This document shows positions 60,887 to 64,000 of a stretch of 64,000 nt of DNA, piece after piece. Numbering within the stretch: the first letter of the stretch is position 1; every line of letters starts with the position of its first letter. The translations under genes and the position numbers were made by a program. The notes beneath the pieces were generated by a model that was not told where the DNA came from, ran no database searches, and saw only the letters and a program-made list of their open reading frames with translations. Source of the DNA: Paraphysomonas bandaiensis (taxonomy: Eukaryota > Protista > Chrysophyceae); the NCBI GenBank assembly GCA_965644295.1, contig CBFFRP010000236.1, forward strand, positions 1 through 64,000, written 5' to 3'.

Positions 60887-63800
60887 ATGCTCTCCTCATT
60901 AGTATATCAGCACTCACTTCGTGAATCTGCAGCATTTATAGAGGTAATCATATATACAATACACTAAATATGATAGAGATTATATATGAACAATACATAC
61001 AGGGTATCGAACACTCCTCTGTATCAAAAACATTTCTTACTGCTGATTCAAAAGCGATTCGATTGTGGTCCGCTACAAGACAGATACGTGCGTCTCATAT
61101 TGATGCCGACTTTAAACTGATCAAGCTCGAATATTTGGACTACTTTGATGTCTACTTGGTTGTGTATTTTAAGCCTAGCGCTAAGCGGGGTTTTGTAGAG
61201 CTATGGAACTCTTTATTGGATCGGGTTCAAAAGGTAATCAAAGATTATTGTACTTCCTTGGTAAATCCACTTTATTTTAGTGTGTAATTCCTATAAAGTG
61301 CACCGTGGATATGCACTGTGTAGTGAGCCCAAGCAAGTCTTTTCTTGTCATCACAGGTGCGTTTCGGTATAATGTTAGAATGTGCACAGAAACTGAGGCT
61401 GTGTAAACAGATGAAAACTCTGATATTGCGGTATTAACTATTGAAGCTAGCCAAGCAGAGAAGCCACCACAAGGTCCATGGTTTCCCAAGGCTTCAGATT
61501 TCGTAGATATGACTAGGCCAGGCACTTCCCGTACAAAAGGGTGTACGACGTCCAGAGATCCCGCGGAGTACAAGCAGACGATCAAGCTTATTAGGAGTCA
61601 AATCATTCGAGCGTGTGATGTAGACCTCGAGAGTGTTCAGGTGCAGTTGTAACATGTCAGCATGTAGTTTTGACACTATGATGGATTAGGCAATGCAAAT
61701 ATTCAACGATCACTTTTTTGCGGTTGCATGCGGAACATCACTTCTTGTCTTCAAGAGATCCAAGCCACCAGTGTTTAAAGTGACTCGTGCAGAAGTGTCA
61801 ATCGATTTCACACTGTCACTTAGTGTCCCTCCTTCTACAAATGAAGTACAAGAGAGCTTTGAGGCAACGCCTCAAACTACTGAGACGTATGATGATGGGT
61901 CGCTATTTAATCTTGCTTTCAACTATAGCTCGATGCTTAGCCCGAGTGCTGCTGTGGTGAGTATCGAGCTCATCGGAGATAACCAACCAATGCTTCTAGT
62001 GGGATATGATGACGGGAACATATCTGTCTTTGAACCTGGAGAGAGGTTTCGTGCGGTAGATTCGAAGGAAGCCGACAATTCTGAAGACTTGTCAGACGTG
62101 CCCTCTCTTGTCTTGCTCTTTCAAGCACACTACCCCAAAAACGAAAAGTCTCCATATGCCCCGATGCAGGTAGTGGCGTGTCCATGGAAAACAATTCCGG
62201 GAAGTGTTTATGTATTAGAATTTTTTTCTCTTGGCAGCGACTATAAGCTGGTTCACTGGGGATTGCGATGCAAGATTAATGGGCCCACTGACTCTAGTGT
62301 GTCGAATAGCGGCACTGTTGACTTCAATAAATCCGCTTTTGACATCGATATTCTTGGGGTGAGATTTCGTTGTGTTGGATTACTGTATAACTGTTGTCGT
62401 TATTGCAGTCATACCAGTTTTCTGTTGATTCTAAAGAGGAAGAGAGACTAGAGCTTGCTGCAAAACAGTACAAGCGTCGTAAAATCAAACAGGCTATCGT
62501 TCCGTTCGAGATATCTGCGAACGTGCCGAATGAGAGGTTTTCTCGCCATTCCAGTAGACGAGCTCTTATGTGCTCTATGGGTGGCATGCTTGCCGTATTC
62601 ATGCTTCAGCAGCCGGGTAAACTATTGCTATCCTATCAGTCTGCTCAGAAGAATATTTTGTCCTATTGTGTTGGACAGTTTAGTACCCCAACTACTGTAT
62701 ATAATAGTAGTGCTAACTCGGAATCTGAATCAATACCCGACTTAGGTTCTGATTCTACTGAAGGTTTGTCGCCTGTTTCGCTTTGTACAATTCCTATATT
62801 CACATTTGATCTATTTACTATAGCATATTCTTGTACGAAGAAAACTACGCTGGAAGACACTGTGTTGCTACTCTGTGATGGCATTATCAATGCGTATTCG
62901 CTTAAATCTGGAATGAGTAGATTTCAAATGTCTGTTCATCGTGTCCCCGTGGATCTTAACGAAGACAACATTAACAATGGGAAGTCATCTGACCCTATGG
63001 CTGTCACTAGACCACTCAAGGAATCAACTGGCTACAGGAGCCTGAAGGGTGTCGTTGTGCCGCTTAAGCAGGGGGACCCATGTTGTGTGCACTTTTCGAA
63101 ATATTCTCAGCACGTTATTGTTGGGTATTCAGACGGAAATGTGAGTCTATTTACGATGGATGTTCCTCATGCGCCTCACTCGCCCAGTAAACCGATGAAG
63201 TCGGTGATTCCATCGCACTGCTATCGACTAAATACGCAGAGTGTGCACAGTTCTCCTGTGACAGTGCTAACTTCTATACCCAAAGAGCATGAAGTACGTG
63301 ATGCCACACAAGACTCTATTTCCAATCAGCATTCCTGGATTGTTGTTGCTGATAACGATGGAATTATGTCGTCCTGGAAAATTTTTCATAAAGATAGTTC
63401 AAGGTAAAACTCGTCATTGTGTGAGATATTTCCTTAATTTGTACTAGGTCAAAATCGGGAGCAAAATTAAGCAGCTCAGTTCAAGCACACAAAAATGGAA
63501 TTGTTCAGATTGAGACTGTTAATATTATACATGCCGTTGCCAACGCTTCAGTGCCTCCCCTTGATGTTAAAGTAGGATATTCCCTCCTTATAACCGCTTG
63601 TGTGGCTGGAGAGATAAAGGTTTGGAGCATTTGTGGAATAACAGGAGAGTTGGCTTGGGTGGGCGGATTGGATAGTAGAGTAAAACTTTCGAGTATTTCT
63701 GCCATTTCTCTTCAATCTGTCAGTCATCAAAATAATGATAGCAATATGAAGAGTAACTGTGACACTAATGGCGATAGAAATGATAAGAATGAGGAGGAAT

Positions 63801-64000
63801 CAGACCAACAAGCCGAAGAATTTAATGTTATGTGTACCTCCGGTCATAGCAATGGTAGATTAATAGCCTGGATATTCTCAAGCAACATTAAGAACACCCG
63901 TGATAGTCCGACTTCTGTAATAGATGCACATTCTGGGCCCGTGATAGCTATTCATGCCCTCAGCAATGTACCTCAGTTCAATTCGTTTGCTGACACTGGC
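60887..64000 (+). CDS. Large WD40/beta-propeller protein, runs off the window end
   Basis: Spliced ORFs with LVGYDDGNISVF, VGYSDGNVSLF, HSSPVTVL...ADNDGIMSSW, TACVAGEIKVWS, SGHSNGRLIAWI, AHSGPV. Confidence 0.75.

Noticed and set aside
1-64000. CRISPR array, rRNA or tRNA genes, prokaryotic operons
   Set aside because: No repeat-spacer arrays or recognisable rRNA/tRNA sequences were seen; the DNA is intron-rich and eukaryotic.

Overview
Gene-dense genomic DNA from a unicellular eukaryote: standard genetic code, mostly ~45-60 nt GT-AG introns, many divergent gene pairs. A stramenopile-type protist is my guess, not something I can prove. It carries about 19 protein-coding genes: SnoaL-C2-FYVE-CaaX protein, U-box/Sel1 E3, importin-9-like, LSM12-like, RPS3A, ankyrin+GH20-like, C2H2 protein, USP, metzincin protease, GSTCD-like methyltransferase, full-size ABCG, SAM-Pellino, AlkB-like, SLC10, AMT, F-box-like, SDR, RGG protein and a WD40-like protein cut by the window edge. 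Repeats include a young but broken Ty1/copia element (nested MITE-in-copia-in-MITE), a hAT relic with derived MITEs, an LTR-like dispersed repeat and very long (TATG)n tracts. Five observations stand out. (1) A two-guide H/ACA snoRNA (snR34/U65 type) sits in the last RPS3A intron. (2) Promoters share an architecture of dense GTAC clusters, TATG tracts and an A/T core, followed by CpG-poor gene 5' ends, which may reflect an undescribed chromatin or DNA-modification system. (3) The AMT has lost its ammonium-binding and twin-His residues. (4) A complete Pellino E3 carries a SAM-like domain in a non-animal-looking genome. (5) A template-switch inversion flips a Gag zinc knuckle. All counts and alignments were done by eye; no database searches were run.
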